A DNA stretch of 36,554 bases from a bacterium (GTDB taxonomy: Bacteria > UBA9089 > CG2-30-40-21), in contig JAHIZN010000215.1 in NCBI GenBank assembly GCA_018814245.1, positions 1 through 36,554 on the forward strand, given 5' to 3'. Positions 1-8,317 of the stretch are shown in pieces (the first letter of the stretch is position 1; every line of letters begins with the position of its first letter). The notes under the pieces were generated by a model. That model was not told the origin of the DNA. It was given only the letters and a program-made list of their open reading frames with translations, and ran no database searches. Both the position numbers and the translations under genes were made by a program.

Positions 1-150
1 AATGGAGAAAAGAAGAATTAACTGATAAAATTACAAGAATTGTTTTTTGAATCAGAGAAAGAGATTAAGATTTTTTCTCCAATTCTCCCTTTTCCCCATT
101 TCCCCTTATCTTACACATTTGTATAGCTGAATAGTTACCATTTATTTTAC

Positions 151-186
151 TTTCAAAAAAGAAAAAGCGAGAGCTTGCTCTCGCTT
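151..186 (-). terminator. Rho-independent terminator downstream of skp
   Basis: On the minus strand, stem AGCGAGAG / CTCTCGCT (166-173 and 178-185) with a 4-nt loop is followed by TTTTTCTTTTTTG. A second hairpin CCTGCT/AGCAGG lies at 192-210. Confidence 0.7.
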
Positions 187-252
187 TTAATCCTGCTTTT
201 TGCCAGCAGGAGACAAATATTTGATCAAGCTGGCAACATTTCCAACTATTTG

Positions 253-798
253 TTAGTTTTTGTCCTGACTTTTATTTGATGACTTTTGACTCTTTTCCTC
301 AATCATCTTCATTACATCCTCAGTCAAATCCAATCCACTTGCAGCATAAAGGGTACTGCCCTTTTCCATGACTAACTGAAGATTCTTCTTTTTAGCAATC
401 TCAGAGATAACGGCATAGATATCGTCAACTATCTCTTTTGTTAATTGCTGTTCCTTGGTTTCTAACTCGCTGCTTATTTCTTCTTTATATTTCATAATCT
501 CGGTTATCTTTTCATTAATTACCTTTTTTTGCTTTTCCTTTTCCTCATCAGACAAAAGAGTAGCTGAATCTAATTTCTCTTTTAATGTCTTGATCTCTTC
601 TTGTTTTGCCTGAAACATATTTTGGAACTTGGTCATGTCCTGCTCCATGGATTCCTTAGCCTGCTGTGCCTTAGGATGGCTTTCAAACACAGTCTTTGTA
701 TCTACCAGACCAATATTAACCTCGGCAGATACAAAACCTGTGAACCAACAAGCTGCGAGCAGCATACTCACCAATATCAACGAACATCTTCTCAACAT
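253..798 (-). CDS. skp: Periplasmic chaperone Skp/OmpH family
   Basis: Signal peptide followed by a Lys/Glu/Gln-rich coiled-coil region typical of OmpH. It lies immediately downstream of bamA, the classic bamA-skp arrangement. SD GGAGG is upstream. Confidence 0.85.
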   Translation of the reverse strand: MLRRCSLILVSMLLAACWFTGFVSAEVNIGLVDTKTVFESHPKAQQAKESMEQDMTKFQNMFQAKQEEIKTLKEKLDSATLLSDEEKEKQKKVINEKITEIMKYKEEISSELETKEQQLTKEIVDDIYAVISEIAKKKNLQLVMEKGSTLYAASGLDLTEDVMKMIEEKSQKSSNKSQDKN

Positions 799-988
799 CT
801 CTTTACGCCTCCTTAAAATAATAATCGTTCAGCTTTCAGCTGTCAGTATTCAGAATCAGGAAGGTTGAGAGAAATCCACCTCTAATCCAGCCAGTGGGGG
901 ACATCCACCCATAACCTCTTTCAAGAGTGTGTGCAATTATCTCCTTTTTCTGTATTCTGACTCCTGTATTCTGTATTCTTCCTTTCTC

Positions 989-3328
989 TTAAAACGATGG
1001 TCCTATTCCAAAATGAATCTTGCTTTCACCCTTTACCTGCCCTATGGCATCATTTAATCTCCATGCATAATCCATGCGGATGGGACCTATGGGGCTATTA
1101 ATTCTTATCCCCAAGCCTGCCCCAAATTTTAGCTCAGAAAAGTCAATATCAGAAGCTTTTTCCCATACATTACCGCAGTCAGCAAACAAGACCCCATAAA
1201 GCTGCTTGGGTGCGATTGGAAAACGATATTCAAGATTTCCTACGAAAACCGACTCACCTCCTTCTTGTTTTCCATTTGCATCTTGAGGGCAAATACTTCT
1301 TTCTCCATAACCACGAACAGAATAATGTCCACCCACTCTGAACTTTTCATAATCAGGCGATGCGTTATTACCATTTAATTTGGTGATAATTCCAAATCGA
1401 CTGTGAACAGCCAGAACAAACTTGCACCAGCTTGGAATATAATAGGTTGCATCTATTGTTGGCTTATAATATTCAACATCTCCACCCAGCATGCCACCAA
1501 CCAGATCCTGTGAGATATCCCAAAAACAGCCTGATTCGGGATTGAATATATCATCACCCATCTTGGTATTTCTCACAAACCTTAAGTTTAAGCATGATGT
1601 TTTGACATATTTTTCACTCCACTTTTCCTTCCACTCACGGATAGAATCAGAAATATTAGCTGACATATTCCTCATAGAAACCTCTTCGTATTTATACTTG
1701 CAGCTCAAGGCGTTATGTTTTGATGTATCACGGCTGGTCCTTATTGCTCCACCCCTTCTTTGACTGGTATAATCAGTATATTTATCACTGCTGTTCCATG
1801 AATCAATACCAATCAATGTCTTTGGCTTCCTGTCCCTGAACCATGGATTTGTAAACCCAAACTCATAGTTGGTAATATTTTGTCCCAGTTCACCCTTGAT
1901 GTTCATGGCATACCCCTTGCCTTTGAGGTTATTTAAGGCACATTCAATTGAGCCATAACCCCCTGGTTGGGAGCCATAACCCGCAGAAAAAAGAAATGTA
2001 CCTGTTTTTCCTTCTTTAACGACTATATCCAAAACCTTTTTACCATTCTCTGTTCCTGGCTTGATATCAAAATTTACCTCCTCAAAATACCCAAGGTTGA
2101 TAAGTTTCTGCCTGCTCAATCTGACATTCTGTCCATCAAATAAAGAGCCGTCTTTAACCAAAAGCTCGCGGCGGATAACATTGTCTTTAGTCTTTGTGTT
2201 GCCGGTAATAAGGATTTTTTCTATATATGACTGGGACCCTTCAGATATCTTAAAGGTAATGAGTACTGTTTTTGCATCTACATCTACATCCTCTTCCATG
2301 ATAACCTGAGATGAGATATATCCTTTTTCAGCATACAGATTATTAATCATCTGCATATCCTGACTGATGCTGATAACATTATACAGGATATTTTCTCCGG
2401 TCTTCATCTTCGTTCTTATTTCAGTCTCAGGGATGAGCTTATTACCGGTAATCTCTATTCCTGTTATCTTGAATTGGCTGCCTTCAGAGATATTAATGGT
2501 AATTGTTATCCCTTTTTTGTCACCCTTTTCAGTAACATAGGCAATATCCTGAGAAACGATGTCTGCCTGTAAATACCCCTTTGATTTATAATAATAAGTA
2601 AGCCGCTGCATATCAATATCCAGCTCTGCCTTGTTATAACTCCCACCCTTGGTTGTCTTTATCTGTCTCTTCAGAGTTTTTGCAGGTATGGTGTTATTCA
2701 AAAAGGCTATCTTTTTTACCTTGACCAATTGTTTGGAATCAAGATGGAAGATAACATCCACGCCTGTTAGATTTTTTATCTGCGAGTCAGCATCTTTATT
2801 GGATGCTGTCTTTTTTTTATCCGCTGCCTGTGTTGAGCTTGTTGAAGAGGCTTGCTTTATCTCACTTGTTACCTCAGCAAAACAGTACCCCTTTTCCTGA
2901 CAATATTCCAATATCTTCTGGGTAGATTCTTTAACTTGATAAGGCTGGCAGGGAGCATTTTCCTTCACGGTTATCAGCTTTTTCAGCTCCTCATGGCTTG
3001 GCTCTTTGCTGCCGACAATATTTACAGAAACAACCTTTTGCCTCTCCTTAACTGAAAAGATGAGGGTGGTCTTGCCATCTGCTGCCTTAGTAGAGGCAGA
3101 CACATTCTCAAAATAGCCAAGTTTATAGATAGCACGAATGTCTGCATCTACCTTTTTTGCATCAAAACTATCACCTATCTTGACACTTACCGCACGAAGA
3201 ACCACCACTTCGTGTACTGTTTCGTTGCCAATAATGGTTACTGCGGTGATAACACCTGCTGCCTCTTTTTGTGCGTAGAGATTGGTGGTAACGAAAAGAA
3301 ATCCAATAGCAATTAGTATTCTTGACAC
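989..3328 (-). CDS. bamA: Outer membrane protein assembly factor BamA (Omp85 family)
   Basis: 779 aa with a signal peptide, repeated POTRA-like modules, and a C-terminal beta-barrel ending in an aromatic residue (...HFGIGPSF). GTG start with GGAGGG SD. Confidence 0.9.
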   Translation of the reverse strand: MSRILIAIGFLFVTTNLYAQKEAAGVITAVTIIGNETVHEVVVLRAVSVKIGDSFDAKKVDADIRAIYKLGYFENVSASTKAADGKTTLIFSVKERQKVVSVNIVGSKEPSHEELKKLITVKENAPCQPYQVKESTQKILEYCQEKGYCFAEVTSEIKQASSTSSTQAADKKKTASNKDADSQIKNLTGVDVIFHLDSKQLVKVKKIAFLNNTIPAKTLKRQIKTTKGGSYNKAELDIDMQRLTYYYKSKGYLQADIVSQDIAYVTEKGDKKGITITINISEGSQFKITGIEITGNKLIPETEIRTKMKTGENILYNVISISQDMQMINNLYAEKGYISSQVIMEEDVDVDAKTVLITFKISEGSQSYIEKILITGNTKTKDNVIRRELLVKDGSLFDGQNVRLSRQKLINLGYFEEVNFDIKPGTENGKKVLDIVVKEGKTGTFLFSAGYGSQPGGYGSIECALNNLKGKGYAMNIKGELGQNITNYEFGFTNPWFRDRKPKTLIGIDSWNSSDKYTDYTSQRRGGAIRTSRDTSKHNALSCKYKYEEVSMRNMSANISDSIREWKEKWSEKYVKTSCLNLRFVRNTKMGDDIFNPESGCFWDISQDLVGGMLGGDVEYYKPTIDATYYIPSWCKFVLAVHSRFGIITKLNGNNASPDYEKFRVGGHYSVRGYGERSICPQDANGKQEGGESVFVGNLEYRFPIAPKQLYGVLFADCGNVWEKASDIDFSELKFGAGLGIRINSPIGPIRMDYAWRLNDAIGQVKGESKIHFGIGPSF

Positions 3329-3350
3329 AATTTCCCTCCATAATATTATT

Positions 3351-3413
3351 CGTAAGCGTTCAGTGATCAGCGATTTTATGGTTTGAGCTTTCTGCTGATA
3401 GCTGAACGCTTAC
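3351..3413. repeat. Palindromic MITE-like repeat, family C (termini CGTAAGCGTTCAG...CTGAACGCTTAC), short copy
   Basis: Terminal inverted repeats gtaagcgttcag / ctgaacgcttac. The internal attttatggt motif is the reverse complement of accataaaat in the copy at 4616-4761. The repeat ends 2 nt from the PIN gene stop codon. Confidence 0.85.
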
Positions 3414-3415
3414 AT

Positions 3416-3829
3416 TTATCTTAACCAACAAAATGGTATCTTCCCTTCTCTTTCAATGCTTTCTAATTCATGATGATCCGTGGATATTACTGTAGCAAAC
3501 CTTTGTTCTGCCAATGCCAGGACAAAGCAATCTGCATAAGAAACCCTAAAGGATGTTTTGTATTTACCTACTATCTCAATAAAAGGAATGTCCAATTCCC
3601 AAATTATGGTTATAGGAAGTTGTTGTATGTCATCCCAAATTTCTTGAGCCTCATTTTTATCTTTTCGTAATGTATCATAATACGCCTCTCCTACATTTAC
3701 TGCATGCATAAAAAATCTATTGTACTTATCACTAAAAAGTGTTTTAACCTTTTCACATCCTTCCTCCTGTCGAAGGTAAACAAGTAATCCACATGTATCC
3801 ATAACATAATTAACTATCTCTCTTGCCAT
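3416..3829 (-). CDS. PIN-domain ribonuclease (VapC-like toxin)
   Basis: 137 aa with acidic residues in the pattern expected for PIN: N-terminal VMDTCG, GEAYY, YADCF and C-terminal STDHH. SD GAGGAA. It overlaps the upstream gene by 16 nt. Confidence 0.8.
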   Translation of the reverse strand: MAREIVNYVMDTCGLLVYLRQEEGCEKVKTLFSDKYNRFFMHAVNVGEAYYDTLRKDKNEAQEIWDDIQQLPITIIWELDIPFIEIVGKYKTSFRVSYADCFVLALAEQRFATVISTDHHELESIEREGKIPFCWLR

Positions 3830-4119
3830 TTCTGTTCCTCTAACTCAATTTCAATCTGCTTTTGTCTGGCAAATTCTTCACTACTGCTAAGTCTGTCTTT
3901 GTATTTTCCACACAATGCATGAATTGCCTTTTCTTTGTAGTAATACTCAAAATCTTTTGACACATCTTCAAAGCAATTAATAGAAATGGCACAAATATCA
4001 ACATTATTTTGATCTACCCATAACCTAAACTGCCCTTTTCTCACAGGCTTTATTGGGATAATATCATAAATTTCTGCCTTTAGGCTGTTTTTTTCTGCAC
4101 TATATGAAATAGTACTCAT
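3814..4119 (-). CDS. Hypothetical 101-aa protein, possible antitoxin or adaptor for the PIN protein
   Basis: Strong SD GGGAGGG. Its ATG overlaps the TIR gene stop (ATGA). The C-terminal charged helix (SSSEEFARQKQIEIELEEQ) resembles the tails of VapB-type antitoxins. The N-terminal 60 aa are not recognisable. Confidence 0.6.
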   Translation of the reverse strand: MSTISYSAEKNSLKAEIYDIIPIKPVRKGQFRLWVDQNNVDICAISINCFEDVSKDFEYYYKEKAIHALCGKYKDRLSSSEEFARQKQIEIELEEQKWQER

Positions 4120-4595
4120 TTTCCCTCCCTCTGTGAAGAAAGTAAAAGGAAAAAAGCAAGGATTCCTCCTGCAACAAGTAAGGCTTTTTTCTGTTCTTGC
4201 TTCTTCAATTTTAACAATTTAACAAAGCCTGCTGTTTTAGATAATGCATCTTCATATTGATGAGGATCATATTCAATATATTCTTTGCCTTGTAATGCTG
4301 CCAAGTCGTTTATATTAACCCCTTTTTCTACAATTGGAATAAGTGTCCTGCCAGCCTTTAATGCACATTCTATTTCCTGATTGACCCAATTAGATCTTAC
4401 TCCATTTTGTGTTAATAAAGCAACAATACAGTCAGATTTTTCAATTTTCTCAAATACTTTTTTCCTGACAGGCTCTCCTGGAGTAAGATACCATTCTGCA
4501 ACAAATACCTTTATTTCAAATTTTGTAAGTATGTGAGCAAGTGCAATGACTAATCCCCGGTCTTGAGTACTATGACTTATAAACACACTATACAT
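4116..4595 (-). CDS. TIR-domain protein with a C-terminal transmembrane anchor
   Basis: The N-terminus SVFISHSTQD, the CIVALLTQNGVRSNWVNQEIECAL segment and GRTLIPIV match the bacterial TIR_2 pattern (FISYS ... S.WV..E), including the putative catalytic Glu. The C-terminus ALLVAGGILAFFLLLSS is a single TM helix. SD AGGAGG. Confidence 0.8.
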   Translation of the reverse strand: MYSVFISHSTQDRGLVIALAHILTKFEIKVFVAEWYLTPGEPVRKKVFEKIEKSDCIVALLTQNGVRSNWVNQEIECALKAGRTLIPIVEKGVNINDLAALQGKEYIEYDPHQYEDALSKTAGFVKLLKLKKQEQKKALLVAGGILAFFLLLSSQREGK

Positions 4596-4615
4596 TACCT
4601 ATTACCTCCTTGTTT

Positions 4616-4761
4616 CGTAAGCGTTCAGCCGTCAGCTATCAGTAGTCAGCAAAGACCATAAAATCAAGAGGGAAAAGTCTCCCTGACCATTATACCTTCC
4701 TGCTTTTTGTGGCTAATGCCTTGTAAGAGCTGAAGGCTGATCACTGATAGCTGAACGCTTA
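4616..4761. repeat. Palindromic MITE-like repeat, family C, long copy
   Basis: Starts cgtaagcgttcagcc and ends gctgaacgcttat. The internal segment is inverted relative to the copy at 3351-3413. The right end supplies the TAA stop of the GT28 gene. Confidence 0.85.
4689..4716 (-). promoter_or_regulatory. Candidate sigma70-type promoter for the TIR operon, inside the family C repeat
   Basis: On the minus strand the sequence reads TTAGCC-N16-TATAAT. The -10 is perfect and the -35 is weak (3 of 6). It lies about 95 nt upstream of the TIR gene ATG. Confidence 0.3.
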
Positions 4762-5910
4762 TCTTGTTTCCATCACCAATCTGGCAATATTCTCCGTACA
4801 ATTCGGCTTTCCCAGCCTTCCTGCCGCCTCTTTCATAGAATAACGACTTGCTTCATCAGCCAAAAGCTCGCAAACAGCCTGTGGAATATCCTTTGTACGC
4901 TTTGGATATACAGCTGCCCCGGCATTAACCAATACCCTGACATTCCATTCCTCTTGTCCCTTTATGGCTTGCATCAGGCAAAGAGGCACTCTTTTTGCTA
5001 ATGCCTCTGACACAGACATGCCGCCTGGTTTAGTAATTATCACATCTGACATGGACATAAACTCTTCCATATTATTCACAAAGCCAAATACCTTGACTCG
5101 ATAATTAAAATCCTTAGTAATTGCCTCTGCCTTTTCCCTTAATTTTTCATCCCTGCCAATAATTATTGCCAGTTGAAAATTTCCCTTGATATTCTTGAAT
5201 GCCTCCAATAAATTAAACACTGGTCCTATCCCAAACCCGCCGGAAAGTATCAGAACAATCGGCATATCCTTGTCAAACCCAAGGGATTCCTTTGCTGCGG
5301 TCATCTCTATGGGAATAGAAAACCTGGGGCTGACAGGAATACCCTCAACCGCTATCCTTTCAGAGGAAATACCCTGACTCTCAAGATACTTAGCCATCTC
5401 TTCGCATGGAACCACAAAGGCATCTACCTGCCTGTTTACCCCAAATAAGTGCACATGAAAGTCTGTAGCCACAGAAATAAGGGGGATATTTAATCTCTTT
5501 TTACCACTTCCTGTGAGACAAGGATGAGGTGAGCGTTCAGTCTGTTTTTTCAAAACCCCTACTGCAGCAGCAAGAAATGGATGGGTGGAAACGATTACAT
5601 CTGGTTGAAATTCTCTGATATTTTGTGCAACCAAGGCTGCATATCTTTTGGTAATATACCACCGTATCGGAGAATACACACCTGAAATCAGGCGGCTATT
5701 ATAAAAATATCCCCAAATATACGGCATGTGCCTTGCCATAAAGACATAGAAATTATTTATAAATCGTTGTTTTTTGGGCTCTTTTTCAAGAGGATCTTTC
5801 AGCCAGACAATAGATTCTGGCGAAACCTGCCGTATTCCCTCACAAATAGCCTCAGCTGCACGAACATGTCCCATGCCGGCCAATACGGTTAAGACAAGAA
5901 TCTTTTTCAA
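4759..5910 (-). CDS. GT28-family glycosyltransferase (MGDG synthase / UgtP-like diacylglycerol glycosyltransferase)
   Basis: N-terminal GMGHVRAA motif and C-terminal ITKPGGMSVSEALA motif, as in MGDG-synthase/MurG-like GT-B enzymes. 383 aa. Confidence 0.75.
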   Translation of the reverse strand: MKKILVLTVLAGMGHVRAAEAICEGIRQVSPESIVWLKDPLEKEPKKQRFINNFYVFMARHMPYIWGYFYNSRLISGVYSPIRWYITKRYAALVAQNIREFQPDVIVSTHPFLAAAVGVLKKQTERSPHPCLTGSGKKRLNIPLISVATDFHVHLFGVNRQVDAFVVPCEEMAKYLESQGISSERIAVEGIPVSPRFSIPIEMTAAKESLGFDKDMPIVLILSGGFGIGPVFNLLEAFKNIKGNFQLAIIIGRDEKLREKAEAITKDFNYRVKVFGFVNNMEEFMSMSDVIITKPGGMSVSEALAKRVPLCLMQAIKGQEEWNVRVLVNAGAAVYPKRTKDIPQAVCELLADEASRYSMKEAAGRLGKPNCTENIARLVMETR

Positions 5911-6050
5911 GTCAAAGCCTCCATGTCTTGATGTAAATAAAAAATCTCACGCGGAGACGCGGAGACCGCGGAGATAATTGACACAGACAAACAAAATATA
6001 AGAGATAGGGTTATTGCTCAATAACCTGTGGATTTTGCAAGCCACGAAGA

Positions 6051-6098
6051 TTGCCATGTTGTAGAGACGCAAAATTTTGCGTCTCTACAACATGGCAA
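6051..6098. repeat. Perfect 48-bp palindrome, family B core GTAGAGACGCAAAATTTTGCGTCTCTAC
   Basis: ttgccatgttgtagagacgcaaaa / ttttgcgtctctacaacatggcaa are perfectly complementary 24-nt arms. Other family B copies are at 9041-9068, 15982-16017 and 25526-25553. Confidence 0.95.
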
Positions 6099-6182
6099 TT
6101 GCAACGAATTAGATTGCTTTATCACCTTCAATCTCATGGATATGTGAATAGTTATCAAGGATTATACATTCAATCCCTATTC

Positions 6183-6392
6183 CTATCCTTCTCCTCTTTT
6201 CTCCGCGTCTCCGCGTGCAATATCTTCGCTCTCTGTCTTATGAATTATTTCCCATCGCTTTTTCATGTTATCATTAAAACACTTAGAAAAATAAGGACAT
6301 TCAAAACAGCATGTTCGGGGCATTCCCTGTTCACCCAATATCCATTTTTTTACACAATTAGTATGTTTTTCGCATTGTTCACAACAAAGCAT
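6183..6392 (-). CDS. Small cysteine-rich protein with a duplicated CC-x2-C-x5-C motif
   Basis: 69 aa. Strong SD AAGGAG lies 6 nt upstream of the ATG. It contains CCEQCEKHTNC and CCFECPYFSKC, 8 Cys in total. The C-terminal tail is encoded by a ccgcggagac-type repeat. Confidence 0.55.
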   Translation of the reverse strand: MLCCEQCEKHTNCVKKWILGEQGMPRTCCFECPYFSKCFNDNMKKRWEIIHKTESEDIARGDAEKRGEG

Positions 6393-6553
6393 CTGTTTCT
6401 CCTTAAGGTCAATCCTCTCAAAGGTTCTGATTATTCGGGATGATAATCCACGAGGTAATGAGTCAGTGATTGGTAGAAATTGCGACCGAAGACAACCCCA
6501 TTAATCCCACTTTGTTAAGGGGGACATCCACCATCGGTCATACAAGGGCAGAT

Positions 6554-6695
6554 GTAGGGGCAGACCTATGTGTCTGCCCCTGTAACACTGCCGCACAAAA
6601 CAACCTGCTCACCAAGCAGGAAAGGATGTAGGAGCAACAGACACATGGGTCTGCCTTTCCCCTGCTATTGGGCAGACACATAGGTCTGCCCCTAC
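6554..6695. repeat. Family E element with inverted GTAGGGGCAGACCTATGTGTCTGCCCC termini
   Basis: 6554-6580 and 6670-6695 are reverse complements of each other, and each is internally palindromic (GGGGCAGAC/GTCTGCCCC). The right copy contains the TAG stop of the GH57 gene. Confidence 0.9.
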
Positions 6696-8317
6696 AGCCT
6701 TATTGGCTTTTTAATCCCTTCAGGAATGCTTAACCCAAGAATCTTATATATCCCTTCCAGATACCCTCTGAACAGGGAATCAAAAATATCTGCGTTTGGG
6801 GAATAGTGTTTATCCCCATACCACCAGAACCAATCCGATCCTTCAGCAATATAAATATATTCCCATGCAGTCTTAGTTTTGTCTGATTGACCATGTTCTT
6901 TTTCAAAGTCTACCAGAGCCTCTCTTGCCTCGTATAGATGATCCCATGCCCTGTTTTCTTCCTTGCCGCCTATCCAAATTTGGAAGTTAGAATTTATCCA
7001 TGAGCCTGGATGAATCTCTGTAAGTGTTTCTTGCGGGGGATTTTCCTTAAGATATTCACTTACAGTAACACATCTTATTTTTTCATCATGAGAGAGACAG
7101 GTATAGAGATATTCTAAAAATTCCCAGCCATTTTTTGAATAGTATTCCCACGCATTTTCCCCATCCATGGCAATACACACAAGATTGTTTCTTTTTTTGG
7201 GCAGCATGTCATGGATATGATGAAGTCTGGTGATAAAATCAGAAACCGCATCATAGGTATTCCATTTTCCGTAGGTAAAACCAATAGTATCAGAAAGTGC
7301 TCTATCCCGAAAGACTACACTTACTTGTTTTCCGTCTATGTTGAGATTATACGGCTTATACAGCAGATGGGCACTATACCTGTCCACACCAAGTGTGTGA
7401 TACAGAATCCATTCATCTGTTGCCAGCCATTTAATACCATTATCCGCCACCATAGGAATAATATCGTTGCAAACACTCCCTTCTGATGGCCACATCCCTC
7501 TGGGGTTGCAGCCAAAGTAATGTTGGTAGCAATCTACTGCCGACTTTATCTGCATTCTTGCATCCTCAGGGGCAGAAAATCTTTTTGTTGGCAAGGTAAC
7601 ATTCGGGTCTGACTGTCGGGCTAATTCTGTATTGCATAATAATGGAAGTATGGGGTGATAGTATGGGGTTACTGAAACCTCAATCTGTCCGGTATCTTGC
7701 ATCCTTTTATATTTAGGCAGTATCCATGAGATAACCTCTCTTTGTTTATCTATAAGTTTTTGTTTTTCTTCTTCAGTAAAATTCTTTTGTTTTTTGATAA
7801 GGTTTGCTAAGAATGAATCTCTTCCTTGAAATTGCGGATCAAACCATGCAATATTAAACCAGACCTGAAGGTCAAGAAAATCCTGAGTACTAAACCTTTT
7901 AACAGCCGTAAGCAGTTCATCTCTTGAAACAGTTATACCTCTTTTTTCTATAAGCTCTCTGTATCGAGGGAAGACCTTGATCATATTATCCCAGTTTGCA
8001 GAAAAAAATTCTTGCAGCAGAAAGGTCTTTTGTCCATGACTTAAGTCTTTAGCCGGGATCATGGTATACGCCAAATACCTGTCACTTGCACCTTTCGCAT
8101 ACTCATCCAATTGAATCATCAGGGATGGAACCATGTTAAATGTTTGATGGATTGATGGATATGCATCTAAGGCAGAGATCATATCATAGTAATCTTTAAT
8201 CCCATGCAGCCTTACCCATGGAAGAGAGTATTCTGAGGTAGAAATATCCTTGTAAAATGGTTGATGCATGTGCCACAAGAAGGCAACATGTAATGGGTTA
8301 CTCATAGATTTTTCCAC
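6692..8317 (-). CDS. Glycoside hydrolase family 57 (alpha-amylase / branching-enzyme type)
   Basis: N-terminal WHMHQPFYKD signature of GH57. 541 aa. Confidence 0.8.
   Translation of the reverse strand: MEKSMSNPLHVAFLWHMHQPFYKDISTSEYSLPWVRLHGIKDYYDMISALDAYPSIHQTFNMVPSLMIQLDEYAKGASDRYLAYTMIPAKDLSHGQKTFLLQEFFSANWDNMIKVFPRYRELIEKRGITVSRDELLTAVKRFSTQDFLDLQVWFNIAWFDPQFQGRDSFLANLIKKQKNFTEEEKQKLIDKQREVISWILPKYKRMQDTGQIEVSVTPYYHPILPLLCNTELARQSDPNVTLPTKRFSAPEDARMQIKSAVDCYQHYFGCNPRGMWPSEGSVCNDIIPMVADNGIKWLATDEWILYHTLGVDRYSAHLLYKPYNLNIDGKQVSVVFRDRALSDTIGFTYGKWNTYDAVSDFITRLHHIHDMLPKKRNNLVCIAMDGENAWEYYSKNGWEFLEYLYTCLSHDEKIRCVTVSEYLKENPPQETLTEIHPGSWINSNFQIWIGGKEENRAWDHLYEAREALVDFEKEHGQSDKTKTAWEYIYIAEGSDWFWWYGDKHYSPNADIFDSLFRGYLEGIYKILGLSIPEGIKKPIRL

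Noticed and set aside
4116-4595. Classifying the TIR gene as Thoeris ThsB, or as a CBASS or Pycsar effector.
   Set aside because: No ThsA-type (SIR2/SLOG or Macro-TM) gene, CD-NTase, or cyclase is in the neighbourhood. The TIR gene is translationally coupled to a PIN pair instead.
6051-6443. A 130-aa plus-strand ORF. Similar ORFs lie wholly in repeat DNA at 28517-28747, 31332-31559 and 33606-33845.
   Set aside because: They run through palindromic repeat elements. The first is also antisense to the Cys-rich ORF, which has a better supported SD. They show no coding signature.
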